Part shown: positions 17,907 through 27,391 of the stretch, one piece after another | How positions within the stretch are numbered: position 1 is the first letter of the stretch | How the letters are laid out: each line of letters opens with the position of its first letter | NCBI GenBank assembly: GCA_021776115.1 | Contig: JAJFGN010000057.1 | Coordinates: 523 to 64,522, forward strand | Reading direction: 5' to 3' | DNA length: 64,000 nt | Source of the DNA: Kiloniellaceae bacterium | Lineage (GTDB): Bacteria > Pseudomonadota > Alphaproteobacteria > Kiloniellales > J153 | The notes under the pieces: generated by a model | Seen by the model: the letters and a program-made list of their open reading frames with translations, nothing else | The model's database searches: none | What the model was told of the DNA's origin: nothing | Translations under genes and position numbers: made by a program

Positions 17907-19473
17907 AAAGAACCTTCGGCAACCAGGTCGCCAGGCCCGGAAACGCGGCGATGACCGCGAGCCCCACAATCTGAATCACGACGAAGGGCATGACTCCGCG
18001 ATAGATGTCCATGGTCGTGATGCTCGGCGGCGCGACACCGCGCAAGTAGAACAGCGCGAAACCGAACGGCGGCGTCAAGAAACTGGTCTGCAAATTGACC
18101 GCGATCATGACGCCGAGCCAAACCGGGTCGAGCCCCATGGCCAGGAGGATCGGCCCGACGATCGGCACGACCACGAAGACGATCTCGATGAAGTCGAGGA
18201 AGAAACCCATGACGAACATGAGCGCCATGACCACGAACATGGCGCCGAAAGCACCGCCCGGCATCGCGTTCAGGACCTCGGCGACAATCTTCTCACCGCC
18301 CAGCCCTCGAAACGTCAAGCTGAAGACCGACGCCCCCAGCAAGATCACGAACACCATGGACGAAACCATGAGCGTGGAGCGCATGACCTCCGTCAGAATG
18401 CCACTGCGGTGGACGCGGGCCAGGCTAACCGCCACACCGTAGAACAGAATCAACACGGCGACACCGGCCAAGACGGCGGCGATGAGATCGGCGGCCGGTA
18501 TGACGTCGCGCTGCATGCGCAGGTCAAAGAGGTTGACCAGGAGAACGATGATCGGCAGGCAAATCACGGCCCCGATGATCGGCTTGGTGCGGTCCGGCAC
18601 GATAGCGCGCCCGGCCAGCAGCAGGGCCCCGATCGAGCCCATGGCCGCTGCTTCTGTCGGCGTGGCCACGCCGAGCAGAATCGACCCCAGAACCATGACG
18701 ATCAAACCGGCGGGCGGTAGCATGACCCGAAGCACGCGGGCGCGGACCTCGGCCCGGGTATCGTCCGTCTGCACCGGCGGGCACGCCTTGGGGCGAAAGA
18801 ACGCGACGACCAGGGTCCAGGCCATGTAGAGGCCGACCAAGACCATCCCCGGCAGGAACGCCCCGGCGAAGAGGTCGATAACCGACACCGGGTCGGGCGC
18901 GAAGTTGCCAAGCGACAATTGCGCCTGGGTATTGGCGCCCTGAAGAATGTCGCCCAAGAGGACCAGCACAATGGAAGGCGGGATAATTTGGCCGAGCGTG
19001 CCCGAGGCGCAAATGATACCGCAGGCCAGCTTGGGATCGTAGCCGGCCTTCAGCATGGTCGGCAGCGACAACAGGCCCATGGTCACCACGGTAGCGCCGA
19101 CGATTCCGGTCGAGGCCGCCAACAACATGCCGACGAAGATCACAGACAGACCCAAACCGCCGCGCAACTGTCCGAACATTAAGCCCATTGTTTCGAGAAG
19201 TTGTTCGGCGATCTTAGATCTCTCCAGCATGACGCCCATGAAAACGAAGAGCGGCACGGCGACCAGGACCTCATTGACCATGACACCGAAATAGCGTGAC
19301 GGCAGGCCACCCAGGAGGTTGACGCTAAAGACATCGAGAGCAATGCCGAGGGCCGCGAAAATCAGGGCCGAGCCCGCCAGGGTGAAGGCGACGGGGAAGC
19401 CTAGGAGCAGGGTTCCGCAAGCAAAACCGAACATCAGCAAACTGAGGATTTCACCAAGCAGCACGCCGTCCAC
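17899..19473 (-). CDS. TRAP transporter large permease (DctM-like, long form)
   Basis: 524 aa polytopic membrane protein with typical DctM segments (GLPSRYFGVM..., IPPSIVLVLLG, FFLDFIEI). It is immediately downstream of the DctQ-like gene. Confidence 0.85.
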   Translation of the reverse strand: MDGVLLGEILSLLMFGFACGTLLLGFPVAFTLAGSALIFAALGIALDVFSVNLLGGLPSRYFGVMVNEVLVAVPLFVFMGVMLERSKIAEQLLETMGLMFGQLRGGLGLSVIFVGMLLAASTGIVGATVVTMGLLSLPTMLKAGYDPKLACGIICASGTLGQIIPPSIVLVLLGDILQGANTQAQLSLGNFAPDPVSVIDLFAGAFLPGMVLVGLYMAWTLVVAFFRPKACPPVQTDDTRAEVRARVLRVMLPPAGLIVMVLGSILLGVATPTEAAAMGSIGALLLAGRAIVPDRTKPIIGAVICLPIIVLLVNLFDLRMQRDVIPAADLIAAVLAGVAVLILFYGVAVSLARVHRSGILTEVMRSTLMVSSMVFVILLGASVFSLTFRGLGGEKIVAEVLNAMPGGAFGAMFVVMALMFVMGFFLDFIEIVFVVVPIVGPILLAMGLDPVWLGVMIAVNLQTSFLTPPFGFALFYLRGVAPPSITTMDIYRGVMPFVVIQIVGLAVIAAFPGLATWLPKVLFN

Positions 19474-19476
19474 GGT

Positions 19477-19959
19477 TTACAGACCCTCCAGTTTTTCGGC
19501 TTCGGCCAGAAATTCCGGATGGCCGCGTAGCACCAACGCCGAACGCGCGGCGAGCGACAAGCCCTGCAGGGCGGTCAGGACGCAGAACGCCAGGATCACG
19601 GTCTTGAGCAGGAACAGCCCCGGCAGGCCGCCTGCCTCGCGCGATTCCTCCAGCATGGACCAGGACGAGGCGACGTAACTAAAGCCGACCCAGAAAACCA
19701 GGATCATCATCGGTAGAAGCAGCAAGAAGGATCCGCCCAGGTCGACCAGCGCCTTGTGGCGCGGGCCGGCCGGACGATAGAAGATATCGACCCGCACGTG
19801 ACCGTTGTGCAGCAAGGTGTAACCGGCGCCGATCATAAAGACGATGCCGTGCATCCAGACGTAGGATTCCTGAAGCCAGACCCAGCCGAATGAAAAAACG
19901 TAGCGCAAAATGACGACAACAAAAGTCACCAGGACCATGAGCAGCGTCAGCCACGCCAC
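19477..19959 (-). CDS. TRAP transporter small permease (DctQ-like)
   Basis: 160 aa with four TM helices (VVVILRYVF..., HVRVDIFY). It lies 3 nt upstream of the DctM gene. Confidence 0.75.
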   Translation of the reverse strand: MAWLTLLMVLVTFVVVILRYVFSFGWVWLQESYVWMHGIVFMIGAGYTLLHNGHVRVDIFYRPAGPRHKALVDLGGSFLLLLPMMILVFWVGFSYVASSWSMLEESREAGGLPGLFLLKTVILAFCVLTALQGLSLAARSALVLRGHPEFLAEAEKLEGL

Positions 19960-19996
19960 CCCACGTCCGATGGTCTCATTGGCGCTGTCTACAGAG

Positions 19997-20011
19997 CGAA
20001 CGAATCGTTCG
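19997..20011. promoter_or_regulatory. Perfect 15-bp palindrome CGAACGA-A-TCGTTCG upstream of dctQM (candidate operator)
   Basis: Read directly. It lies 38 nt upstream of the DctQ start codon on the minus strand. Confidence 0.3.
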
Positions 20012-20034
20012 AGTATCGGTCTGGCCCCCTGTGC

Positions 20035-20077
20035 CCTCCGGCGCTTTTAGCGCTGTGGCCTCCGGCGCTTATAGCGC
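20035..20077. repeat. Two tandem 19-nt direct repeats, each containing a GCGCT-N3-AGCGC palindrome
   Basis: CCTCCGGCGCTTTTAGCGC (20035-20053) and CCTCCGGCGCTTATAGCGC (20059-20077) match at 18 of 19 positions, with a 24-nt period. Confidence 0.6.
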
Positions 20078-20100
20078 GCCGTTCGTTTTTCTCTAAACCG

Positions 20101-20727
20101 TTATCGATTATGGGTCCCGCTGAAGCCTCCCACAAGGCGCCAGACAAGGGGCATCGCGATGGCGGCCAGGGCCAACTTCGCCAGGTCGCCGAGCACGAAG
20201 GGCGTCAACCCCCAGGCCAGGATCGGCTTATCCCAGCCGAACAAACCGCCGAGCCATAGCAAGCCCAGAACGTAAATCACGACATTGCCAAGCATCATGG
20301 CCAGCGCGGTGGCCAAGACGGAGCGGTCCCAGCCGCGCTCGGCCAGCCACCCGCAAAGGGCGCTCGCCAGGACAAATCCGGCCAGGTAGCCGCCGGTGCT
20401 GCCCATCATATAGGCAAGGCCGATGCCTTTTTCCGGGGTCCCGGAAAACACCGGCAAACCCATCGCCCCCTGCGCCAGATAGAGCATGACCGTCGCGGCC
20501 CCCAGGCGCCAGCCAAAGGCCATGCCGAGCGTCAGGACCACGAAGGTCTGCATCGTCATGGGGACCGGGTAGAACGGCACGTGGATTTTCGCCGAGAGGG
20601 TCAGAAGGGCGGACCCGACCAACGCCAGCAGTAGGGCGCGCATCCCGCGCTGAACGATGGAATCGCTCTCGGTCGCGGGCCAAAGCACGGCGGCGAGGTT
20701 TCCCTGACGAACGGATATGGCTGACAT
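20101..20727 (-). CDS. bioY: Biotin transporter BioY
   Basis: Segments PFYPVPMTMQTFVVLTLG and GYLAGFVLAS are typical of BioY. The ATG at 20727 is preferred over the TTG at 20733. Confidence 0.85.
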   Translation of the reverse strand: MSAISVRQGNLAAVLWPATESDSIVQRGMRALLLALVGSALLTLSAKIHVPFYPVPMTMQTFVVLTLGMAFGWRLGAATVMLYLAQGAMGLPVFSGTPEKGIGLAYMMGSTGGYLAGFVLASALCGWLAERGWDRSVLATALAMMLGNVVIYVLGLLWLGGLFGWDKPILAWGLTPFVLGDLAKLALAAIAMPLVWRLVGGFSGTHNR

Positions 20728-21109
20728 CCCCAAGCTCCCAAGTTCGAACGCGTGCCGTCTATCTCACGGCCGCAATTGAATACGGCAAGCCTGCCTAATC
20801 CGCAACCGCGGCAAATTCTTGGTGGTGTCTCAGTCGGAGTTTAAGGCGCTCGAAGCAGGCTTGAATATAGGCGCGAAGGAGGCGCGCTTGGACAACGGTT
20901 TTGCCGCCGCACCTGCCGGATTTGAAAATGGCTTTGAAATTGACCGGTATCAACGCCCCGATTGGCAAACTGTGCGACAGATTTCAACCGAAGGCGGTGT
21001 CATTCGGGAAATATCGAATGACTTGCGTCTGCGCGCGCTTCTTCGCGCGACCGGATCGGGATTAAACGATCGAAGAGGTGCCCACGCCGCAAAGATAGAG
21101 GTTGGGCCC

Positions 21110-22210
21110 ATGATCGCCAAAGAGATGAAATGCTTGCTGGTCGGCGTCCTATGCCTGACCCTTTGGTCCGGCACGGCCCGCGGCCAATCTTCGGAGTTTA
21201 TCGACACCTATAACCGGTTCACTCGGTCTCACGCGGAGGGCCGGTACGATGAGGCTCTCCGGTTCGGCGAGGAAGCACTGGAACTGGGCCAGATTGAATT
21301 TGGCGCCGACCATCCGATCACGGCATGCCTCCTCAATAATTTGGCGGAGATCTACCGGGTTCAGAGACGCTACGGCGAAGCCGAAGCGCTCTACAAGCGC
21401 GCGCTGGGCGTTGGTGAAAAAGCTCTCGGACCCGTGCACCCGGACGTGGCCACGACCCTCAACAACCTGGCGCTGCTTTACCACGCCCAGGGCCGCAATG
21501 CCGAGGCCGAGCCGCTTTACGTGCGCGCTCTGGCTATACGGAAGATGACCCTTGGCTCGGACCATCCTGACGTGGCCCAGACCCTCAACAACTTGGCAGG
21601 GCTCTACGACGCCCAGGGCCGTTACGCCGAGGCCAGACCATTCCACAACCGTGGGCTAGTCATTCGGGAGAAGGCCCTTGGCCCGAGCCATCCCGACGTG
21701 GCCCAGAGCCTCAACAACTTGGCGCAACACTACAGTGCCCAAGGACGCCACTCTGAGGCTGAACCATTGCACAGCCGCGCGCTGAAAATCAGGGAGAAAG
21801 CCCTGCGCCCGGATCACCCGGACATAGCCGCGAGCCTCAACAACCTGGCAGGGCTCTACAACTTCCAGGGCCGCAACGCCGAGGCCGAGCCGCTCTACAA
21901 ACGCGCCTTGGCAATACGGCAGAAAGCCCATGGCCCGGACCATCCCGATGTGGCCCAGAGTCTCAACAACCTGGCCGTGCTCTACGACGCCCAGGGCCGT
22001 TACGCCGAGGCCGAGCCGCTCTACAAGCGCTCGCTCGAGATCTATGAGAAGGCGTTGGGGCCAGAGCACTTGGACGTCGCCATGTGCCTGGAGAACTATG
22101 CCAGCCTCCTAAGAGCGACGGGGCGCCGTGCCGAAGCGGCCAAGATGGAGGCGCGCGCCAGTGCGATCTGGGCTAAGGACGCCGGGATAGAATCCGGAGT
22201 ATTGATTTAG
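21110..22210 (+). CDS. Secreted tetratricopeptide-repeat protein (kinesin-light-chain-type TPR_10/12 repeats)
   Basis: Signal-like N-terminus MIAKEMKCLLVGVLCLTLWSGTARG, followed by seven 42-aa repeats (HPDVAQxLNNLAxLYxAQGRYAEAEPLYKRAL). Confidence 0.8.
   Translation: MIAKEMKCLLVGVLCLTLWSGTARGQSSEFIDTYNRFTRSHAEGRYDEALRFGEEALELGQIEFGADHPITACLLNNLAEIYRVQRRYGEAEALYKRALGVGEKALGPVHPDVATTLNNLALLYHAQGRNAEAEPLYVRALAIRKMTLGSDHPDVAQTLNNLAGLYDAQGRYAEARPFHNRGLVIREKALGPSHPDVAQSLNNLAQHYSAQGRHSEAEPLHSRALKIREKALRPDHPDIAASLNNLAGLYNFQGRNAEAEPLYKRALAIRQKAHGPDHPDVAQSLNNLAVLYDAQGRYAEAEPLYKRSLEIYEKALGPEHLDVAMCLENYASLLRATGRRAEAAKMEARASAIWAKDAGIESGVLI
21311..22192 (+). repeat. Seven tandem 126-nt coding repeats inside the TPR gene
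   Basis: Unit boundaries at 21311, 21437, 21563, 21689, 21815, 21941 and 22067, each starting with a His codon (HPxxA...). Confidence 0.85.
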
Positions 22211-22382
22211 CCGTGTTGTGCTGGCGTGCGTAACTTTCTGGTTTTGGGTAGACCTGATCGGGGCAAGCCTGCTTCAAACCGAGGCACGACCGAATTCTTG
22301 CATTCCGGCCGGCGAATACTGGCAAGCCGAGGGTAAAGTCCCCAGATATGGACTTGGGGATTGTCGAAGAGGGAGAGCGCAA

Positions 22383-22685
22383 ATGACCGACGAAACCGCC
22401 GCATTGGGGTACAGATCGCATTGGAAAGAGCGCGAAACCTGGAAACGCGGCCTGTTCATGCTGCTTTTCGGGCTCGTATTTTGGATCGCGGAGTTCTTGT
22501 TGGTTATGGCTGCGGTGTTCCAGTTCGGCTTCGTCCTCTTCTCCGGGCGAACCAACGAGCGGCTATTGGCTTTCAGCGACGATCTAAGCTACCTGTTTTA
22601 TCAGTTAGTTAGATATTTGACATTCAAGTCGGATGAGAAGCCGTTTCCGCTTAGCGATTGGCCCGGCGCGGGCCCGGAGGATTGA
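22383..22685 (+). CDS. Small membrane protein, DUF4389-like
   Basis: 100 aa with two TM helices (RGLFMLLFGLVFWIAEFLLVMAAVFQFGFVLF) and a C-terminal YLTFKSDEKPFPLSDWP. The family name is from memory. Confidence 0.55.
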   Translation: MTDETAALGYRSHWKERETWKRGLFMLLFGLVFWIAEFLLVMAAVFQFGFVLFSGRTNERLLAFSDDLSYLFYQLVRYLTFKSDEKPFPLSDWPGAGPED

Positions 22686-22741
22686 CGCGGCCCAAAGACT
22701 TCGTCCCGCGACATGCTCGGGATGACGAAGGTGGAACAGCC

Positions 22742-24997
22742 CTAGCTGAACTTCCCGGATTTGGGGAAGCCCTTGGGCGGTAACCGCCCGGCCGCCGACC
22801 GCTTGCCCATCCAGGCCCGAAGGTCTGTCTCCGTGCGCGTGCGGCCCCCGGTCATGGTCCAGGACAGGCCCGCGGCAAGATTGAAACTGGTCACGTCGGC
22901 GAGGCCCCCGTCCTTGTATTTCTGTAGGGTAACGCCGCGCCCCCGCGTCATTTCCGGTAACTCCGCCAGCGGGATGACCAGCAATTTGCGATTCTCGCCG
23001 ACAATCGCCAGCGTATCGCCCTCAACCGGTTTGCAGACCGCGGCCTCCGCCCCGTCGCCGAGGTTCAGCACCTGCTTACCGTTCTTGGTCTGGGCCAGAA
23101 CCTCGTCTTGGGGCACGACAAAGCCGCGCCCGTCCGAGGACGCGACGATCAGCCTCTGCCCCGGCTGGTAAGCGAACAGCGCGACAATCTCCTGGTCGTT
23201 CGGCAGATCGATCATCAGGCGCACCGGTTCACCGAGGCCGCGCCCGCCGGGCAACTTGTCGGCGCCGATGGTGTAAAAGCGGCCATTGGTCGCGAAGATC
23301 AGCAGTTTGTCGGTGGTATGCGCGCGGAGCGCGAAGCGGGCCCGGTCGCCCTCCTTGTACTTGGCGTCCGAGGTATCCTCGGCATGGCCCTTCATGGCCC
23401 GGATCCAGCCCTTGGCGGAGCACAGCACCGTCACCGCCTCGCGCTCGACCACGGCTTCCAGCGGCACGACGACCTCGTCCGGCGTATCGCCCAGCTCGGT
23501 CCGGCGCTTGCCTAACTCGACACCGGGACCGAAGGCCTTTTTCGTCTCCTTGACCTGCTCGGCGACAGTGGCCCAAACCCGCCCCCCCTCCTCCAGGGAT
23601 TTCTTCTCGTCTTTCAGCAGCTTCTTCAGATCGGCTTGCTCGTCGCTCAAACTCGCGTGCTCGGTGCGGATGCCCTCTTCTTCCAGCTTGCGCAAGGCAC
23701 GCAGGCGCATGTTGAGGATCGCCTCGGCCTGACCGTCGGTCAGATTGAAACGCTTCATGAGAACGGGCTTGGGCTCGTCCTTTTCCCGAATGATCTTGAT
23801 CACCTCGTCGAGATTCAGGAACACGACGAGGTAACCTTCCAGCACCTCCAAACGGCGCGCGATCTTGTCCAGACGGAAACGCGTGCGCCGGCACAGCACC
23901 TCGTGGCGGTGATCCAGATAGGCGCGCAGGACGTCGCGCAGGTTCATGACGCGCGGCGTATTGTCGGCGCCCAGCACGTTCATGTTGAGGCTGATACGCA
24001 CCTCCAGATCGGTTTGACGGAACAACGATTCCATCAGGACCTGGGGATCGACGTTGCGGCTCTTGGGCTCCAGCACCAGGCGCACGACATCCGTCGATTC
24101 ATCCAAGATATCGCCCAGCATGGCCAGCTTGCGGGCCGACAAAAGCTCCGCGATCTTTTCCACTAGGCGCGACTTCTGGACCTGGTACGGGATTTCGGTG
24201 ACCACGACCTGAAAGCCGCCACCCTTCAGTTTCTCGACCTCCCAGCGTGCGCGCAGGCGGAACGAGCCGCGGCCGGTCTTGTAGGCCTCGACGATGTTTT
24301 CACGCGCCTCGACCAGGATGCCGCCGGTCGGGAAATCCGGTCCCGGTATCAGCTCGACCAGCTTGCCGATCGTGGCCTTGGGCGTCTTGATCAGGTGCTG
24401 GAGGGCATCGCAAATCTCGCCCACGTTGTGCGGCGGGATCGAGGTCGCCATGCCGACGGCGATACCCTGCGCCCCATTCGCCAGCAAATTGGGGAAATTG
24501 GCCGGCATGACCACCGGCTCTTCCGATTCATCGTCGTAGGTCGGCCGAAAATCGACCGCGTCCTCGTCGATGCCTTCCAGCAGCGCCCCGGCGACCTCGG
24601 TCAGCCGGGCCTCGGTGTAGCGCATGGCCGCCGCGTTATCGCCGTCGACATTACCAAAGTTACCCTGGCCGTCGACCAGGGGATAGCGCACGGAGAATTC
24701 CTGGGCCAGGCGGACCAGCGCGTCATAGATCGACTGATCGCCGTGGGGATGGAACTTGCCCATCACGTCGCCAACCACGCGGGCCGACTTCTTGAAGCCG
24801 GAGCCCGGATCGAGCTTGAGCTGGCGCATGGCATAGAGCAACCGCCGGTGGACCGGCTTCAGACCATCGCGCACATCCGGCAGCGAACGCGACATGATGG
24901 TGGAGAGCGCATAAGAGAGATAGCGCTCCTCCAGCGCCTGCGTCAGGCGCACGTCGCGGATCCGGCCGGCCGGCTCAGGCATAAGGACTTGTCCCAT
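22742..24997 (-). CDS. parC: DNA topoisomerase IV subunit A
   Basis: Motifs [22 protein letters not shown] and [10 protein letters not shown] (catalytic Tyr). 751 aa without a GyrA-box-type C-terminus. A GAGGAG ribosome-binding site is present. Confidence 0.85.
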   Translation of the reverse strand: MGQVLMPEPAGRIRDVRLTQALEERYLSYALSTIMSRSLPDVRDGLKPVHRRLLYAMRQLKLDPGSGFKKSARVVGDVMGKFHPHGDQSIYDALVRLAQEFSVRYPLVDGQGNFGNVDGDNAAAMRYTEARLTEVAGALLEGIDEDAVDFRPTYDDESEEPVVMPANFPNLLANGAQGIAVGMATSIPPHNVGEICDALQHLIKTPKATIGKLVELIPGPDFPTGGILVEARENIVEAYKTGRGSFRLRARWEVEKLKGGGFQVVVTEIPYQVQKSRLVEKIAELLSARKLAMLGDILDESTDVVRLVLEPKSRNVDPQVLMESLFRQTDLEVRISLNMNVLGADNTPRVMNLRDVLRAYLDHRHEVLCRRTRFRLDKIARRLEVLEGYLVVFLNLDEVIKIIREKDEPKPVLMKRFNLTDGQAEAILNMRLRALRKLEEEGIRTEHASLSDEQADLKKLLKDEKKSLEEGGRVWATVAEQVKETKKAFGPGVELGKRRTELGDTPDEVVVPLEAVVEREAVTVLCSAKGWIRAMKGHAEDTSDAKYKEGDRARFALRAHTTDKLLIFATNGRFYTIGADKLPGGRGLGEPVRLMIDLPNDQEIVALFAYQPGQRLIVASSDGRGFVVPQDEVLAQTKNGKQVLNLGDGAEAAVCKPVEGDTLAIVGENRKLLVIPLAELPEMTRGRGVTLQKYKDGGLADVTSFNLAAGLSWTMTGGRTRTETDLRAWMGKRSAAGRLPPKGFPKSGKFS

Positions 24998-25065
24998 TTA
25001 CTCCTCGGGAAAGACGCAGGATTAGTCGATTCGTCGAAGTTGGGCCATCAAACATTAAAACCGCC

Positions 25066-26322
25066 TTAAAAGCGCCCGGGCGCGTAAGGGTTCATGTCGA
25101 TTCCAGGGTCACGACCGGCCAGCAAATCGGCCACGATTTTCCCGGTCCGCGCGCCCATCATCATCCCGCAATGGCCGTGGCCAAAGGCCAGGATGACGTT
25201 GGAAAAGGCCGGGCTGCGGCCGATCACAGGCAACGAATCGGGCATCGAGGGGCGAAAGCCCATCCAGCGCGAATGTCCCTCCACATGCAAGCCTGGAAAC
25301 CAGCGCCGCGCTTGTTTCAAGAGAACTTCCGCCCGGTCCCAATTGGGCGCCGCCTTCAATCCCCCCAATTCGACCGTACCGCCGACTCGAAGGCCGGCCT
25401 CTAGCGGCGTCGCGACCATGCCCCGCTCGGTCGAATAGATCGGCAGACGCGGCATGACCTGCGGGTCCGCCATCTGGACGTGATAGCCCCGTTCGGTATC
25501 GAGCGGTACGGGCGCGCCCAGCATCTTCGCCAGATCCTTGGACCAAGCCCCGGCGGCGAGCACAACCGCGTGGCAGGGGATTGGGCCCTCGTTGGTCAAG
25601 ACCGCGCGGGGGCCCTCGGGCCCGATATCGAAGCCATGTGCCGCCGCCCGGCGCAGGGTACCGCCGCGATGCTGGGCGGCCTGAACCAGGACCTCGACTA
25701 GGCCCAGACAGTCGATCGTATAGGCGACGTCGGGATAATGGATCGCGCGGGCGAAGATCGGCGCCAATGTCGGCTCGAACTGGCGCACTTCCGCCGCGCC
25801 CAGCAGGCCGTGGCGAACCCCGCGCCGGCGCTGCAGCTCCAACATCGGTTGGAAGGCCCGAAATCCGTCGTCGGTTTCGAAAACGCAGAGCCAGCCGCTG
25901 CGCCGCAACATTTCGGGGGCGCCCGCCTCTTCCAGTAACTCCCGGTAGGCCGCCAGAGACCCCTTGAGCAAGGCGGCCAGCGCGATTGAAATCTCCTCCA
26001 CCCGGCGCGGGCTGCTGGCCGCGAGGAACCGCATGAGCCAGGGTGCGATACGTGGAAGATAGCCCCAGCGCACGGACAAGGGGCCAAGCGGATCGCGCAA
26101 CATACCGGGGACCCGGCGCAGGATTCCCGGCGTCGCGACCGGCACGACCGCCTCCTCGCCAATGACCGCGCCGTTACCGAAGGACGCGCCCCGGCCCGGC
26201 GCGTCGCGCTCGATGAGCGTGACCCTAAAACCGGCGCGCAACAAATAGAGGGCCGTACAGGCGCCGACGATACCGGCGCCGATCACGGCGACATGACGGG
26301 TGGCTTGGCTTCGCCCGGTCAC
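25066..26322 (-). CDS. FAD-dependent oxidoreductase (D-amino-acid dehydrogenase/DAO family)
   Basis: N-terminal dinucleotide-binding motif VAVIGAGIVGACTA. 418 aa with DAO-like architecture. Confidence 0.75.
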   Translation of the reverse strand: MTGRSQATRHVAVIGAGIVGACTALYLLRAGFRVTLIERDAPGRGASFGNGAVIGEEAVVPVATPGILRRVPGMLRDPLGPLSVRWGYLPRIAPWLMRFLAASSPRRVEEISIALAALLKGSLAAYRELLEEAGAPEMLRRSGWLCVFETDDGFRAFQPMLELQRRRGVRHGLLGAAEVRQFEPTLAPIFARAIHYPDVAYTIDCLGLVEVLVQAAQHRGGTLRRAAAHGFDIGPEGPRAVLTNEGPIPCHAVVLAAGAWSKDLAKMLGAPVPLDTERGYHVQMADPQVMPRLPIYSTERGMVATPLEAGLRVGGTVELGGLKAAPNWDRAEVLLKQARRWFPGLHVEGHSRWMGFRPSMPDSLPVIGRSPAFSNVILAFGHGHCGMMMGARTGKIVADLLAGRDPGIDMNPYAPGRF

Positions 26323-26341
26323 GGATAGGGTTCCCGAGGTT

Positions 26342-26378
26342 AAGAAAAAGCGGCGCCGGGGAAAACCGGCGCCGCTTT
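26342..26378 (-). terminator. Rho-independent terminator of the OmpA-family gene
   Basis: Perfect 13-bp stem AAAGCGGCGCCGG / CCGGCGCCGCTTT (26347-26359 / 26366-26378), with a T-run on the minus strand (26342-26349). Confidence 0.75.
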
Positions 26379-26401
26379 CCTATTTAACCTGCCGCGGCGT
26401 C

Positions 26402-27289
26402 CTACCGCAGCAGAATAATCTCGACCCGGCGGTTAGCCTGCTCGCGCACGCCATCCGCGGTCGGGACCGCGTTTTCGGCCTCACCGCGGCCGCCTATGCT
26501 GACCCTATCGTTGGCGATATTACGAGTGGCCAAGGCCTTCTGCACCGCTTCGGCCCGGCGCAACGACAAGGCCAGATTGTAGCGCTCATCGCCCGCCCTA
26601 TCGGCATGTCCGGTCGCGGTGAACTCGACCGTGCCCGACCCACCACCGGCCGCGTTCACAGCCCGCTGGATCACGGCCATGCCTTCGTTGGTCACCTCGG
26701 CGCTATCGAAGGGGAAAAAGACCACGAAGCGAACCGGCGCGGCGGGCGCAGGTGCCGGTGCCGGCGCGGGCGCCGGCGCAGCCATCGCCTTCGGCGCCAT
26801 GGCGGCCTTAACTTCTTTCATTGCCGCGTTAAAACCGTCGCGGCACCGTGCGATATGCTCTGGCTGAATGTTCTCTTCCTGCTGTTCCATCCAGCAATCG
26901 AACATGGCCTGGGCCCGCGCCGCCGGCGCTGGCGCCTTGTCACGCGCCCCTGCGAAGAGCACGCCGACCAGATCGCCCCGCGCGGCCGTCAACTCGCCAA
27001 CGTACTCCGCGGGCAAATCTCGTCCGGAGATCGGCTGCGGCAACACGTTCTCCCCTGCCGCCGCACGCAAGCCCTTGCGCGAATAGTATCCGGCGTCCCG
27101 CCAGTCGACCATCTCGTCGGCTTCGTAATTCGCCAAGTTGCGGTACTCCCCCGTTAACGCCGAGGTGAAAGCGTCGCCGGACGGTTGTGCCTTGCGCAGG
27201 TTATTAACATCGTAGCCGGAGGACGCGACGGCACAGCCGCCTAACACGGCCAAGACGGCCAAAATTCCGTAGGTACGTAAAACTTTCAT
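26402..27289 (-). CDS. OmpA-family lipoprotein (peptidoglycan-associated C-terminal domain)
   Basis: Lipobox LAVLGGC and an APAPAPAPAP linker. The OmpA-like domain contains GHADRAGDERYNLALSLRRAEAV...NRRVEI. A GGGAGAG ribosome-binding site precedes the ATG at 27289. Confidence 0.85.
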   Translation of the reverse strand: MKVLRTYGILAVLAVLGGCAVASSGYDVNNLRKAQPSGDAFTSALTGEYRNLANYEADEMVDWRDAGYYSRKGLRAAAGENVLPQPISGRDLPAEYVGELTAARGDLVGVLFAGARDKAPAPAARAQAMFDCWMEQQEENIQPEHIARCRDGFNAAMKEVKAAMAPKAMAAPAPAPAPAPAPAAPVRFVVFFPFDSAEVTNEGMAVIQRAVNAAGGGSGTVEFTATGHADRAGDERYNLALSLRRAEAVQKALATRNIANDRVSIGGRGEAENAVPTADGVREQANRRVEIILLR

Positions 27290-27391
27290 TGTAATCTCTC
27301 CCATTAGTCGATTTTGCGTTTCGCCGCGCCAGATAGCTTCAAGCCCTTTTGGGTGAAGAACGACGGCGTCTATTTTTTTGGCTGCTAGTCT

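Noticed and set aside
20819-21109. Long 5' extensions of ORFs, such as 20819-21109 before the TPR gene, 1167-1490 before the acylase, 50876-51277 before the DMT gene and 38916-39149 before zur.
   Set aside because: The extensions overlap divergent genes or intergenic repeats and lack protein-like sequence. Internal ATG starts with ribosome-binding sites or signal peptides give normal-length proteins.
26740-26790. Short-period repeats (GCNCCN encoding APAPAPAP) and the 126-nt TPR repeats were considered as possible CRISPR-like arrays.
   Set aside because: Both lie in frame within clear coding sequences. They have no unique spacers and no cas genes.
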